Shown piece after piece: positions 20,049 to 29,952 of a stretch of 64,000 nt of DNA. The DNA comes from Fibrobacteria bacterium (GTDB lineage Bacteria; Fibrobacterota; Fibrobacteria; UBA11236), in assembly GCA_043745805.1 (NCBI GenBank), contig JAYTSD010000006.1, positions 64,001-128,000 on the forward strand, in the 5' to 3' direction. Numbering within the stretch: the first letter of the stretch is position 1; every line of letters starts with the position of its first letter. The notes below the pieces were generated by a model that was not told where the DNA came from, did not search any database, and saw only the letters and a list, made by a program, of their open reading frames with translations. The translations under genes and the position numbers were made by a program.

Positions 20049-22252
20049 TGGACACAGTAAAAACCTCTCTTCTATCCTCGATATTCAGACAGCGAGAAGG
20101 CAAGCTTACGCGCGATTTGGTACGCACACCCGGAAAATTTGGCCTAGGACAAACACCCACCCGCCTGCAACCTACTAGCGTAACGTCTATGGTATGTGGT
20201 TATTGTTCCACCGGCTGCGGTTTAAATATTCATTTAAAAAACAATCAGGCAATCAATTTAACTCCCGATGCGAATTATCCCGTAAACCTAGGTATGGCTT
20301 GCCCCAAAGGCTGGGAGGCTTTGACTCCATTGGTCGCCGACGATAGAGCCTTAACGCCTTTGTTACGTAACGCACAAGGAACTTTAGCGGACGCGACTTG
20401 GGACGATGCCTTAAAAGCCTTTACGTCCAATTTCAAACGCATTATTGCGGAACATGGTCCTGAAGCCGTCGCTTTTTTAAGCACCGGACAAATTCCTACC
20501 GAAGAAATGTTTATGCTCGGTACAATTGCAAAATTCGGCATGGGTTTTATACATGGCGATGCTAATACACGTCAATGCATGGCCACTTCGCATGTGGCTT
20601 ATAAACAAGCCTTTGGTTTTGATGCCCCGCCTTTTTCATATCAAGATTTTGAAGAAAGCGATACCTTGGTTTTTGTGGGTGCTAATCCTTGCATCGCCCA
20701 CCCCATCATGTGGGAGCGAGTCTGCATGAACCCAAATCACCCTAATATTATAGTAGTGGATCCACGCCAAACTGAAACCGCCTTGGCAGCTACGCATCAT
20801 TATGCTTTACAACCGAAATCGGATCTTACCTTGCTTTATGGGTTAGCGCATATTTTGATTCGTAATGATTGGATTGATAAAACTTATATCGCCGATCATG
20901 TGAATGACTTTGATGCTTTCAAAAATCATGTCGCGGAATTTACGCCACAAATGGTCAGTTATAAAACCGGCTTAAGTGAAGAACAAATTTATGAATTTGT
21001 AGATCTCATTCGTTTAAGCAAGCGCGTTTCTTTTTGGTGGACTATGGGCGTGAATCAAAGTCATGAAGGTGTGCGTGCTGCGCAAGCCATTATTAATTTG
21101 GCTTTGATCACGGGGAATATGGGACGGCCTGGCACAGGGGCCAATTCTATTACGGGGCAAGTCAATGCCATGGGTTCGCGTTTGTATAGTAATACCACAT
21201 CATTAGTCGGTGGACATGATTTTTTAAATGCCGAACATCGACAAAAAATTGCCACTCTTATGGATATGGATGTGAATTTAATTCCCCAAAAAAACACTTT
21301 GGCTTATGATCAAATCATAGAGAAGGTTCGCACAGGCGAAATTAAAGGACTGTGGGTTATCGCCACCAATCCCGTGCATTCATGGGTGGATCAAAATAAT
21401 TTGCGTAAAGCCTTTGCTAATCTCGAATTTTTAGCGGTGCAAGATATGTATACCACTAGTGATACAGCGAAATTAGCGCATGTAGTTTTTCCCGCTGCTG
21501 GCTGGGGTGAAAAAGAAGGTTCAGTAATTAATTCGGAACGCCGCATCGGTTTATTTAAAAAGGTGAGCGCGGCTCCCGGACAGGCCTTAGCAGATTTTTA
21601 CATCTTTAAACTTTTGGCAAAATATTGGGGTTGCGATAAACTTTTTGCAAACTATACTAAGCCGGAAGATGCTTTTCAAATGATGAAAAAAATATCCGCG
21701 GCGCAACCTTGCGACATTACCGGTATTGAAGATTATCAGCATATTGATAAACAGGGTGGCATTCAATGGCCTTATCCTTTAGGCAAAGAACCGAAGGAAA
21801 AACAAAGACGACTTTTTGAAAACGGAAAATATTATCATGCCGATGGGAAGGCCAAATTACTTTTCGATCCAATCAAACCCTTACCCGAAGAGGTAACTCC
21901 CGAGTTTCCCTTTGCCTTGCTTACCGGTCGCGCTAGTTCGGCTCAGTGGCATACCAATACGCGCACGGCTAAATCTGCGGTCTTACGAAAACTTTATGTA
22001 CAAAATTGTTATGTGGAAATTCATCCTGAAGATGCCAAAGAATTAGGTGTTAACTCCGGCGATACGGTGAATGTAAGCTCGAAACGCGGCTCGATAGAAG
22101 CCAAGGTTTTTGTGGCCTCTACGATGCAAAGAGGGCAAGTTTATATTCCCATGCATTATGATGGACTCAATCAATTAACTTTTCCTGCTTTTGATGCATA
22201 TTCACGGCAACCCTCGTATAAGCACTGTGCGGTGAGGGTGGATAAGGTTTAA
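20048..22252 (+). CDS. Mo-bisPGD nitrate reductase catalytic subunit (assimilatory NasA/NarB type)
   Basis: [12 protein letters not shown] Fe-S motif, NTRQCM Mo-ligand region, [16 protein letters not shown] and LTGR..QWHT; no Tat signal; ATG overlaps the upstream TAA. Confidence 0.87.
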   Translation: MDTVKTSLLSSIFRQREGKLTRDLVRTPGKFGLGQTPTRLQPTSVTSMVCGYCSTGCGLNIHLKNNQAINLTPDANYPVNLGMACPKGWEALTPLVADDRALTPLLRNAQGTLADATWDDALKAFTSNFKRIIAEHGPEAVAFLSTGQIPTEEMFMLGTIAKFGMGFIHGDANTRQCMATSHVAYKQAFGFDAPPFSYQDFEESDTLVFVGANPCIAHPIMWERVCMNPNHPNIIVVDPRQTETALAATHHYALQPKSDLTLLYGLAHILIRNDWIDKTYIADHVNDFDAFKNHVAEFTPQMVSYKTGLSEEQIYEFVDLIRLSKRVSFWWTMGVNQSHEGVRAAQAIINLALITGNMGRPGTGANSITGQVNAMGSRLYSNTTSLVGGHDFLNAEHRQKIATLMDMDVNLIPQKNTLAYDQIIEKVRTGEIKGLWVIATNPVHSWVDQNNLRKAFANLEFLAVQDMYTTSDTAKLAHVVFPAAGWGEKEGSVINSERRIGLFKKVSAAPGQALADFYIFKLLAKYWGCDKLFANYTKPEDAFQMMKKISAAQPCDITGIEDYQHIDKQGGIQWPYPLGKEPKEKQRRLFENGKYYHADGKAKLLFDPIKPLPEEVTPEFPFALLTGRASSAQWHTNTRTAKSAVLRKLYVQNCYVEIHPEDAKELGVNSGDTVNVSSKRGSIEAKVFVASTMQRGQVYIPMHYDGLNQLTFPAFDAYSRQPSYKHCAVRVDKV

Positions 22253-22297
22253 TCTCAAAAACCTCATACAATAGCCTATTTCAGCTTTAAAATCAGC

Positions 22298-22326
22298 TTG
22301 CTTTTAGGTATAACAAAAGTTATACT
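22298..22326 (+). promoter_or_regulatory. sigma70-type promoter with overlapping operator palindrome of the TA operon
   Basis: TTGCTT-17 nt-TATACT; inverted repeat GTATAAC-AAAA-GTTATAC at 22308-22325. Confidence 0.7.
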
Positions 22327-22332
22327 TTTACC

Positions 22333-22569
22333 ATGAAAACGGCAATATCCATTCCTGATAAAATTTACCATAATGCGGACCTTGTTGCCGAGCGTTTAGG
22401 CGTCTCGCGTAGTGAATTATATGTAACAGCTTTACAAGAATTTCTATTGCAACACTCTTCTGATAAAGTGACTGAAAAATTAAATGAAGTTTATCAAGCC
22501 ATTGGGAGCAAACTGGATTCTTCATTAAAAACCATGCAATTTAAATCATTGCCTAGAGAAAAATGGTAA
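22333..22569 (+). CDS. Ribbon-helix-helix antitoxin (ChpI-like)
   Basis: MKTAISIPD...LGVSRSELY; overlaps the downstream toxin gene. Confidence 0.8.
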   Translation: MKTAISIPDKIYHNADLVAERLGVSRSELYVTALQEFLLQHSSDKVTEKLNEVYQAIGSKLDSSLKTMQFKSLPREKW

Positions 22570-22913
22570 TTAAGCGCGGTGAAATTTGGTGGGCGGATTT
22601 ACCCGATCCGATTGGATCTGAGCCAGGTTATGCACGACCAGTACTAATTATACAATCTGATGAATTTAATCGTAGCGTCATTGATACCATTATTGTTGCT
22701 GCCTTAACCAGTAATTTAAAACTTGCTCGTGCTCCAGGTAACGTAGAAGTTTCTGCAAAAAAAACCGGATTATCTAAAAACTCAATTATTAATATCTCGC
22801 AACTTTTAACGCTGGATAAAACATTTTTAACGAAAAAAGTTAGAGCCTTAGATAAGGAAAGTTTTGTGCAGGTTGAAGATGGTTTACGTTTGGTATTGGG
22901 ATTAATGTATTAA
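22563..22913 (+). CDS. PemK/MazF family endoribonuclease toxin
   Basis: KRGEIWWADL..GSEPGYARPVLIIQSD.FN, LTS and SQLLTLDK. Confidence 0.92.
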   Translation: MVIKRGEIWWADLPDPIGSEPGYARPVLIIQSDEFNRSVIDTIIVAALTSNLKLARAPGNVEVSAKKTGLSKNSIINISQLLTLDKTFLTKKVRALDKESFVQVEDGLRLVLGLMY

Positions 22914-23657
22914 ACTTGCAGCCTTCCTAGCCACTCCTATATAAGATAACAGTAGCGAGGGTGTAAATTTAAACGTAAAATCCTCCGGTACAATTCCTGT
23001 TCGCAGCATTTCCCAAAAAGCTTTTTTCTGGAAGTCGGGACGTAACCCTAAAATTTCCTCTACCTGCATTTCATTCTGCAAACAATATTTTTTCATTTCC
23101 TTAGGCTTTATAAAGAGAGGAAGTATATGCATATGCTTGGGCGTGTTTTTTACAAACCATTCCAAGCCTTTGATAATAATCAGCCAAGCCAAAAAATTGC
23201 GATTAAAAGTATGAAAGAAAAACAATCCTCGCGGCTTAAGCAAGCGTGCAGCTTCAGCTACAATCAATGTAGGGTATTCCACATGCTCCAAAAAATCCAT
23301 CGCAGATACGAAGTCGAAAGAGGAATCACGATAGGGCAAATGATAGGCATCGGCCTGTTGATAGGTAATATTTATTTCGCTGATTTGTGTATTAGCCAAT
23401 TTCAAAGTGGACAATGAAAAATCACAACCGATAGATTTAATATTTTGTTTAGCCAACTCTCTTGACAAAAAGCCTGCTCCGCAGCCTATGTCCAACACCA
23501 AAGGTGACGAGTTAAAATTTTCGGCTTTAATTTTTTCAATGATCCAGGCCTGTTTTAATTTTCCTTCAGCCCGTAATAAAGCCACGGGATCATTTTGGGC
23601 ATTTAACCAGCGAACGCCAAGCGAATCATAAAAACTATTGTTGATTTTTGCGGACAC
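22902..23657 (-). CDS. UbiG-like SAM-dependent O-methyltransferase
   Basis: VLDIGCGAGFL, MDFLEHV, LKPRGLFFFHTFNR and FIKPKE. Confidence 0.82.
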   Translation of the reverse strand: MSAKINNSFYDSLGVRWLNAQNDPVALLRAEGKLKQAWIIEKIKAENFNSSPLVLDIGCGAGFLSRELAKQNIKSIGCDFSLSTLKLANTQISEINITYQQADAYHLPYRDSSFDFVSAMDFLEHVEYPTLIVAEAARLLKPRGLFFFHTFNRNFLAWLIIIKGLEWFVKNTPKHMHILPLFIKPKEMKKYCLQNEMQVEEILGLRPDFQKKAFWEMLRTGIVPEDFTFKFTPSLLLSYIGVARKAASLIH

Positions 23658-24123
23658 GAGTTTTCCAAAAATTCCAATATCCTATTTGATAAAGTAAAAA
23701 TAGGCTTCCTAAAATTATTTGTGTTTGCAGAAAGGCGTAAAGAATATTTTTTTGGGCAAGAGAAAAAATATTTGCATACTGTACAAGTCCGGCCAAAACT
23801 AGTTGCATCACGTGTAGGGAATATAAAACACCATGCAATTGCTTTTCACCTTGGTTACAAAAGCGTGCATGGATGTGCATATCTTTGAATACAAAAATTA
23901 TGGAAAAAATTGCTGCGGTCCAATAAAATCCTGAGTGTTGAGGGCCTGAGTCAAGAAGGATAAAAGCCAAACAAAATAAATAAGTTACCGTATCCGCAGG
24001 GTGACCTAAGCGTTCCCATGTAGGCAAATGGCGCTGATGATGAAAATGAAACTCATCCCAAGCCATAGCCACATTATGTAAAAGAAATGGTAACAGTATC
24101 CAATAGGTATAGAAAAAACTCAT
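23635..24123 (-). CDS. His-rich integral membrane protein of unknown function in the PKS operon
   Basis: Four to five hydrophobic segments; DEFHFHHQR, GHPADT, DMHIH and E..LH motifs; overlaps the methyltransferase start. Confidence 0.6.
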   Translation of the reverse strand: MSFFYTYWILLPFLLHNVAMAWDEFHFHHQRHLPTWERLGHPADTVTYLFCLAFILLDSGPQHSGFYWTAAIFSIIFVFKDMHIHARFCNQGEKQLHGVLYSLHVMQLVLAGLVQYANIFSLAQKNILYAFLQTQIILGSLFLLYQIGYWNFWKTRVRKNQQ

Positions 24124-24134
24124 TCTACATTAAA

Positions 24135-25271
24135 TTAATATTTGCGTAACAAGCAACCATATACCGTTAAGCCTGGTCCAAAGGCTAAGCTCACAATAGG
24201 CGTTCCTGAAGGGATGGACGAATCTTCAGCAATTAATTGCCAAACATGTGGTAGTGTTGCGGAAGACATATTGCCATATTGAAATAATACAGCCTTACTG
24301 GCAGAGACTTGTTCGGGTTTTAAATTTAAGGTTTCGGCGACTTTGTCGATGATTCTTGGACCGCCGGGATGAATAGCAAATAAGGCACGAGCTAAAAGCT
24401 CTTTGGGCAATGCAGACTGTGCCCACAAATTATTTACAAAAGCTTCAATGGTTTTAGCAATAATATCCGGCACTTCGCGGGATAAGAGCATTTCAAAACC
24501 CGCAGCACCTAGGCCCCAGCCAATTGCGGAAATGGAATTGGGAATAATTTCCTCCGATAAGGCCAATATTTCTAAAGATTGTGCGCTAGGCTGCGCATGC
24601 AAAGAATATTTGATGAAGCCATCGGCAAAAAGACTTTGTACCACCAATTGTTCCGGCGTATGCAAGCTAGGGTTTAAATGTAATGTGCAAAGTTCCGTAT
24701 GCACAATATCAATATGCGGCTCCGTGGTGGAGAGTAAGCCTACACCCATTCGAATGGCTGGCATAGAGGCATAGCAACCCATGTGATAGGCATGCAATAC
24801 GCCCGTAATTGCTCCCCAACCGCGTTGCATTACAGTTTTTTGCACCGCGCTGGGCGAAACATATCCGGTACAGGTAACATGAATGATACGATTAACTGGC
24901 GAGGCATTGTCGGGATAAAATTTTTGCAAAATATCTTCGGTTACTTCTGCAAAAACTTGCATACGTTGCGCCATATCCATGCCCGTAGCATTTTCACGCA
25001 AACGGAAAATCCGCATTTCATCCCAATTCGTATGTAAAAAATCATCTAGGTCGGCGCCACGACTGCCTAAGGCTAAAGGATTGGGACCAAAGCGCGCAAT
25101 GTAGCGGCGCATTTTCTTAAGAAACTCTTCACGATCGAACGTTACGCCTTGCAAGCGGGTTTCTTCAGCTTGAGTATGAGCTTGCGCTAGCCATTCTGCA
25201 CATTGTGCATAATCGCCTTCATGTTGTGGGCGTAGTCTATGAAAGCCGGAGAGGTAGGTAGATGTTTGCAT
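24135..25271 (-). CDS. Type III polyketide synthase (chalcone/stilbene synthase-like)
   Basis: Catalytic triad HMGCYA (Cys), IHPGG (His) and GNMSSA (Asn); LFADG; AFGPGL. Confidence 0.92.
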   Translation of the reverse strand: MQTSTYLSGFHRLRPQHEGDYAQCAEWLAQAHTQAEETRLQGVTFDREEFLKKMRRYIARFGPNPLALGSRGADLDDFLHTNWDEMRIFRLRENATGMDMAQRMQVFAEVTEDILQKFYPDNASPVNRIIHVTCTGYVSPSAVQKTVMQRGWGAITGVLHAYHMGCYASMPAIRMGVGLLSTTEPHIDIVHTELCTLHLNPSLHTPEQLVVQSLFADGFIKYSLHAQPSAQSLEILALSEEIIPNSISAIGWGLGAAGFEMLLSREVPDIIAKTIEAFVNNLWAQSALPKELLARALFAIHPGGPRIIDKVAETLNLKPEQVSASKAVLFQYGNMSSATLPHVWQLIAEDSSIPSGTPIVSLAFGPGLTVYGCLLRKY

Positions 25272-25360
25272 ATGAAGTAAGATACTTTTCTACACGCTAA
25301 ATAAAAAGAAAATTAAGAGTGTAGTAAAAGAAAAAGGCCTTGCTAAAAAAAGCGAAGCTT

Positions 25361-26329
25361 TTAATTTTTGCGCGAGTAGAAAAATTTGCCTATCAGTTTA
25401 TTTTCTTGTTGAAGAAAATAAATACCGGAAGAGGCATTCATCTGAGCGGAGTTTTTTCCATTCCAAGCATACGTATAACCGATAGGATAAAGCATACTCA
25501 CCTTATGTCCAAATATATCGAGCAATACCAGAGGCGCTAAGGATTTTTGATTTTCAGCTAAACGAATATTAATGAACTCACCAGATTGTGCAGCGGAGAA
25601 ATTATTTGCATGAAGTGATTTGAATGAATTTGCATGGTTGTGAATAGAAACCGCTGGAGTGGGTAGCGTATCGAATTCGGCTTTGATCAATTGATATTTA
25701 ATTTGACCCTTGACATTTGCATTAAAAACTCGGCTATCCCAAGCGCCCTTTAATAAACCCATTAAAGAAGCAGAATCGGGGCTGGTAATAATGTAGGACA
25801 AGTAAGAACCACTTTCCGAAGTTAAGCCACTAGTGGGATTAGTAGTAATGGTTTTTAATGTGGTGGTACCTTGCCATCGCGTAAAATACTTTGATCCCGA
25901 GTCCCGTCCGATGATTTCATCACTCGTTAAATTGCCGCTAGGTGTATGGGTTAAGCGAAACCAAAATTCATAATGCGTATCGGCCAAGCGCATGACGCTT
26001 CCATCATTTAAAACCACCTTTACGCCGGGATCCAATACGGTTTTTAAAACATCATGTTTTAGGCGCATTTTGTAATAAACATTTTTTTGAGTTTCGGAGC
26101 ATGCTCCCTCCCAATTACTTAAAATTTGATAGTTGATACTATCGGATAGCAATGCCATATTGCTTAAATCGGAGTTTAATAACTTACTTTCATCTAAAAC
26201 GGGAGTGTTGTGATCCGTTCCGGTTAAAATCATTTGCTTGGCAGTTTGTAGATTAAAAGTTTTGTCGCATAGAAAAGCAGCACCCCATTGGGTAAACGTT
26301 AAAACGATTAAAAGGGATACTAATTTCAT
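25361..26329 (-). CDS. Secreted hypothetical protein with C-terminal FlgD-Ig/T9SS-CTD-like tail
   Basis: Signal peptide; tail LDIFGHKV..WNGKN...SSGIYFL. Confidence 0.55.
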   Translation of the reverse strand: MKLVSLLIVLTFTQWGAAFLCDKTFNLQTAKQMILTGTDHNTPVLDESKLLNSDLSNMALLSDSINYQILSNWEGACSETQKNVYYKMRLKHDVLKTVLDPGVKVVLNDGSVMRLADTHYEFWFRLTHTPSGNLTSDEIIGRDSGSKYFTRWQGTTTLKTITTNPTSGLTSESGSYLSYIITSPDSASLMGLLKGAWDSRVFNANVKGQIKYQLIKAEFDTLPTPAVSIHNHANSFKSLHANNFSAAQSGEFINIRLAENQKSLAPLVLLDIFGHKVSMLYPIGYTYAWNGKNSAQMNASSGIYFLQQENKLIGKFFYSRKN

Positions 26330-26423
26330 AATGCCTCTTTGTCCGGGAAATACTCCACAGTTAATTTAAGTCGAGGTGGAATAAAAGCAATGCATTTTAC
26401 AGAGATTTTGTAGATTCTTCGGG

Positions 26424-27527
26424 GTGAAAACGCATTTTTTATCCTCAGCAAAATCCAAAAAAACCTTGATCTTTTGTCCTATTGGACTTGGCAATTTTAT
26501 TATGGCGACGCCGGCATTCCTTTTTTTAAGTGAAAATTTAGGGCGCAAAAACCTTTATCTATTAGCTTTAAAGCCCTCAATCGAAGCTTTGGCTAAAGAA
26601 AGCGGTTGCTTTCAAGAAGTTTTTTGTTGGGATCCCGATAAACAAGGATTAGCGATGGGTTTGCAAACTTTGCATAAAATTCGGGCGGAAAAATTTGCTT
26701 ATTCTTTGGCTTTATTTCCTAGTTCACATTGGAAATTTTCGCTCTTTGCTTTTATGGCAGGCATTCGGCAGAGATGGGGTTTTGGCTATGCGCATACACA
26801 ATGGCCGCGCTATTTGCAGCAAGTTTCTTTAAAGCTTGACGTTGACGCGCATGATACCCTACAAAATATGCATTTGGCCGAAACTTTTTTAGGGACCAAG
26901 AATTTGACTCCCGCAAAATTATTTTTTCCTCTTAAGCCCAGCCCTATAAGCCTATCTTCCGCAGCAAGCGAAATTTATTTTGTATGTCATCCTGGATCGA
27001 GTGCCGAACGGGGAATGGATGAAAAGCGTTTGCCTGCCGAACAATATGGTCAATTAATTTTGAAATTACATTCAGAATTAGGATTTAAATGTTTATTAAT
27101 CGGTGGACTGGAAGAGGAGAATTTACGTGCGGAAGTGAAGAAAATCGCCGCTTCAGCTCTAGTGGAATGGCCCTCGAAAAACCTTTCAGAATTAGCATGG
27201 CTAATACAAAACAGTCAGTTTTTTCTCGGCAATGATTCTGGGCTTATGCATATGGCCGTGGCTTTGGATAAGCGCTGCGTAGTTTTCTTTGGGCCTACGG
27301 ATGAAAAACGCACCGGTCCTTTTGAATACTGGGTGACACAAAATGGTTTACCTAAACATCTAATAATACGTCGCGAGGATTTGCAATGTGCTCCGTGTTG
27401 GACTATTCGAACCATAGGAAAAAATCCACCTTGTATACACAACGACACCCGTTGTCTACAGAACTTTCCTTTGCAAGCTTATTGGCCGCGGCTAAAATTA
27501 TTTTTACAAAATCTAAACAAGACTTAG
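26424..27527 (+). CDS. Glycosyltransferase family 9 (heptosyltransferase-like)
   Basis: GLGNFIMATP, HPGS, GNDSGLMHMAVAL, FGPT and C.PC...C...C tail. Confidence 0.88.
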   Translation: MKTHFLSSAKSKKTLIFCPIGLGNFIMATPAFLFLSENLGRKNLYLLALKPSIEALAKESGCFQEVFCWDPDKQGLAMGLQTLHKIRAEKFAYSLALFPSSHWKFSLFAFMAGIRQRWGFGYAHTQWPRYLQQVSLKLDVDAHDTLQNMHLAETFLGTKNLTPAKLFFPLKPSPISLSSAASEIYFVCHPGSSAERGMDEKRLPAEQYGQLILKLHSELGFKCLLIGGLEEENLRAEVKKIAASALVEWPSKNLSELAWLIQNSQFFLGNDSGLMHMAVALDKRCVVFFGPTDEKRTGPFEYWVTQNGLPKHLIIRREDLQCAPCWTIRTIGKNPPCIHNDTRCLQNFPLQAYWPRLKLFLQNLNKT

Positions 27528-27688
27528 TTAAATAAAATCTTAAAGTACTTTCAACCGCTTGCTTGCAACTGAAAATAAAAAAGAGTCAAAAAGAGAGATT
27601 CTCTTTGCAGGTAAATGCTATTATTCTAATGCCTGATTAATTATGATTCATTTTCCTGTATCAATCTTAAAATAGTCTTAGAAAGAAC

Positions 27689-28879
27689 TTGATGAACGTA
27701 TTGCCTCCAAGGAAAAATTTTTGCTTTTTAATTCCTTCTTTGACCAGGCTTTTTTATGGATTATTGCTGGGCCTAATTATTTTTACATCGCAAGTTGTGG
27801 CTGCGGATCTTGGAACCGATATCATTACGGTTACCGATACCTCTTTGATACGTAGACTTTGGCAACATGCTTATCCCGATTCAACTCCTCCGACGGGGGA
27901 CTATCGGGTATGGTTCATTGCAGCGGACAGTAATCAAGAAAATGAAGCCGTTGCTTTTTTGCATAACGGCACCGAAATTTATCGCGATGATGGCACATAT
28001 GATGAATTTCAAAATGCGCGCGCGCGCGCTGGAGTCGAAGGGGAAAATGGAATACATGATCCCTTTGCGGCCTCTGCTTCCTTTTCCATTTGGGATGAAT
28101 TAAAAGCTACACCTAAAAAATGGGAAAGCTGGATGATTTGGCCCGCGGGATTAAAAATGTCCGCTGGAATGGCATTGGGTGGAATGCGTGGCGCCGATCC
28201 TGAAATGGAAAGACATTATGCCGCGACTTGGGAAGAAAATCTCTTTCATTATTTTTTATGTGGTGCGGGATTTCGTTGGGATGAATATGGTGGTGGATTA
28301 AATCGTAGCTTGCATTTATACGATACCTCAAGTAATGCCGATTGGTTTACCAGTTATGCTGGCTTTACTTTTGAACTTGGCGCTCCAGGCATACTTTATC
28401 AATTGGAAACAGCAGGACATCCCTTTCCTGAATATTATTGGTTGGAAAAACCCTTACCAATTATTCGTAGTCATAGCAAAGGTGTCGCTATAAGTGCTTG
28501 GGATGATAGCAGCTATGATAGCAATTGGCGACAAAAAATTACTTTGCGTTTAGGAGCCATACGCTATACCCTGCTTTTTGATTTTGATAGTTATCGCTCT
28601 TTAGTACAGCATTTTGGATTAGAGGATTTGTCGATTGGTAGCGGACACTATGGCATAGGACTTTTGGTCGCTCGGCATATTCTAGCACCTACCCTGTATT
28701 TGGAGTTATTTCCCACCGCATTTCTTTTCGCAAAATCAACCGCTTATCCGGTGGCACTCAAAACCGCCTCCGTACATTTTGATTTTCAATTTGCCGGACC
28801 CAGCACTTTATATTTAGGCCTGTCTTTACGATTACATATTGATAATCCCATTATGCATTTTTCCGGAGAAAAATTATGA
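27689..28879 (+). CDS. Exported hypothetical protein, probable outer-membrane beta-strand-rich protein; first gene of a 4-gene operon
   Basis: Signal-like segment ending VVA-A; Trp/Tyr-rich alternating strands; stop overlaps the next ATG (ATGA). Start uncertain. Confidence 0.5.
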   Translation: MMNVLPPRKNFCFLIPSLTRLFYGLLLGLIIFTSQVVAADLGTDIITVTDTSLIRRLWQHAYPDSTPPTGDYRVWFIAADSNQENEAVAFLHNGTEIYRDDGTYDEFQNARARAGVEGENGIHDPFAASASFSIWDELKATPKKWESWMIWPAGLKMSAGMALGGMRGADPEMERHYAATWEENLFHYFLCGAGFRWDEYGGGLNRSLHLYDTSSNADWFTSYAGFTFELGAPGILYQLETAGHPFPEYYWLEKPLPIIRSHSKGVAISAWDDSSYDSNWRQKITLRLGAIRYTLLFDFDSYRSLVQHFGLEDLSIGSGHYGIGLLVARHILAPTLYLELFPTAFLFAKSTAYPVALKTASVHFDFQFAGPSTLYLGLSLRLHIDNPIMHFSGEKL

Positions 28880-29952
28880 GTCCCGAAGCCCTTTATCGAC
28901 TATCCGAAGATCCTCTTAAGCAAGGTGAACGTGCATTAGATAAAATTCGTCGTCTAGCTTTTATTGCGACTTTCTTCCCCATACCTATAGTAAGCATGTC
29001 CGTAATTGGATTTTTTTGGTTTCAACCCCATTGGTATATGGATCCCTTTATGGTTTTGTTACTGGGTGTATTTACGATTGGCCAAACTTTAATTTTCACG
29101 CAACTTAGAGGCGTGATAAAAGGAGTTAAGAATACCGCTAAAGTTATTTTGGTTTTGCAAAATGCGGGAGATGAGCCTGACTTAGAAAAATTACGTGGAG
29201 AACTCAGAGAAAAAGTATCTCCCGGACATTTGCGTGATTTAGTATTGCGCTGGATTGATTTGGGATTACGCGGAGAAATAAAAGGCTCCGAAGCTTTGAT
29301 GGATAACTCTTCCGATCGACGCTCGTTAACGGATTTGCGAAATATGTCGGTACATGTTTCCCTCAATCGCACCACCCTAAAGCTCGGATTTTTAGGCACT
29401 TTAATTGGTTTAGTGATGACTTTCCCGCCAATGAAAAGAGCCATTTTAGGTTTAGGCAGCAGTGATGGGGAGTTGCGTTTTATTCATGATATTGCCGAAG
29501 CTATTGATGGCGATCAATATGCCATCATCGCTACTTTAGTAGCCACGGCACTTTCCGTTTTAATTGAATTGGTTACCGTACAGATTTTAGAAAGAGCTTT
29601 GGGTGGATTTGATTTAGTAAATAGCCATATTATCGATTGGAATTTAACGCGCTTGCAGCCTTGGATTCGTAAAAAATATGGTCCCGATGCTAAAGAGAGT
29701 CATTTAAAATCTGGCCAATTGCATTTGGAAGAGCGCCTATTGCAAGCGCAAGCAGAGATGGATAAAAATATTGGGCATATGCTCGATGCCATGGCGCGTA
29801 CTAGTAAACATTTAGAGTCCATCACCGAAGCTCAAAAAACCATTGGTCGCCGCGTTTTGGAATTAACGGAGTTTGAAAAACAATATCGCAGTTTTATACA
29901 GACTAAGCAAGAAGCTGCGGCTCCCACAACTATGCGGACGGAGAAGGGTTAA
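28876..29952 (+). CDS. MotA/TolQ/ExbB-type ion-channel subunit with C-terminal coiled-coil tail
   Basis: Two N-terminal TMs; LGFLGTLIGLVMTF and AIIATLVATALSV channel helices; helical tail of about 120 aa. Confidence 0.75.
   Translation: MSPEALYRLSEDPLKQGERALDKIRRLAFIATFFPIPIVSMSVIGFFWFQPHWYMDPFMVLLLGVFTIGQTLIFTQLRGVIKGVKNTAKVILVLQNAGDEPDLEKLRGELREKVSPGHLRDLVLRWIDLGLRGEIKGSEALMDNSSDRRSLTDLRNMSVHVSLNRTTLKLGFLGTLIGLVMTFPPMKRAILGLGSSDGELRFIHDIAEAIDGDQYAIIATLVATALSVLIELVTVQILERALGGFDLVNSHIIDWNLTRLQPWIRKKYGPDAKESHLKSGQLHLEERLLQAQAEMDKNIGHMLDAMARTSKHLESITEAQKTIGRRVLELTEFEKQYRSFIQTKQEAAAPTTMRTEKG

Noticed and set aside
18321-22252. Respiratory DMSO reductase or periplasmic Nap
   Set aside because: The catalytic subunit has no twin-arginine signal and carries Nas-type motifs; no napB/napD or dmsD.
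22902-23657. Housekeeping ubiG of ubiquinone synthesis
   Set aside because: Coupled to a type III PKS with no other ubi genes nearby, so the gene symbol was withheld.
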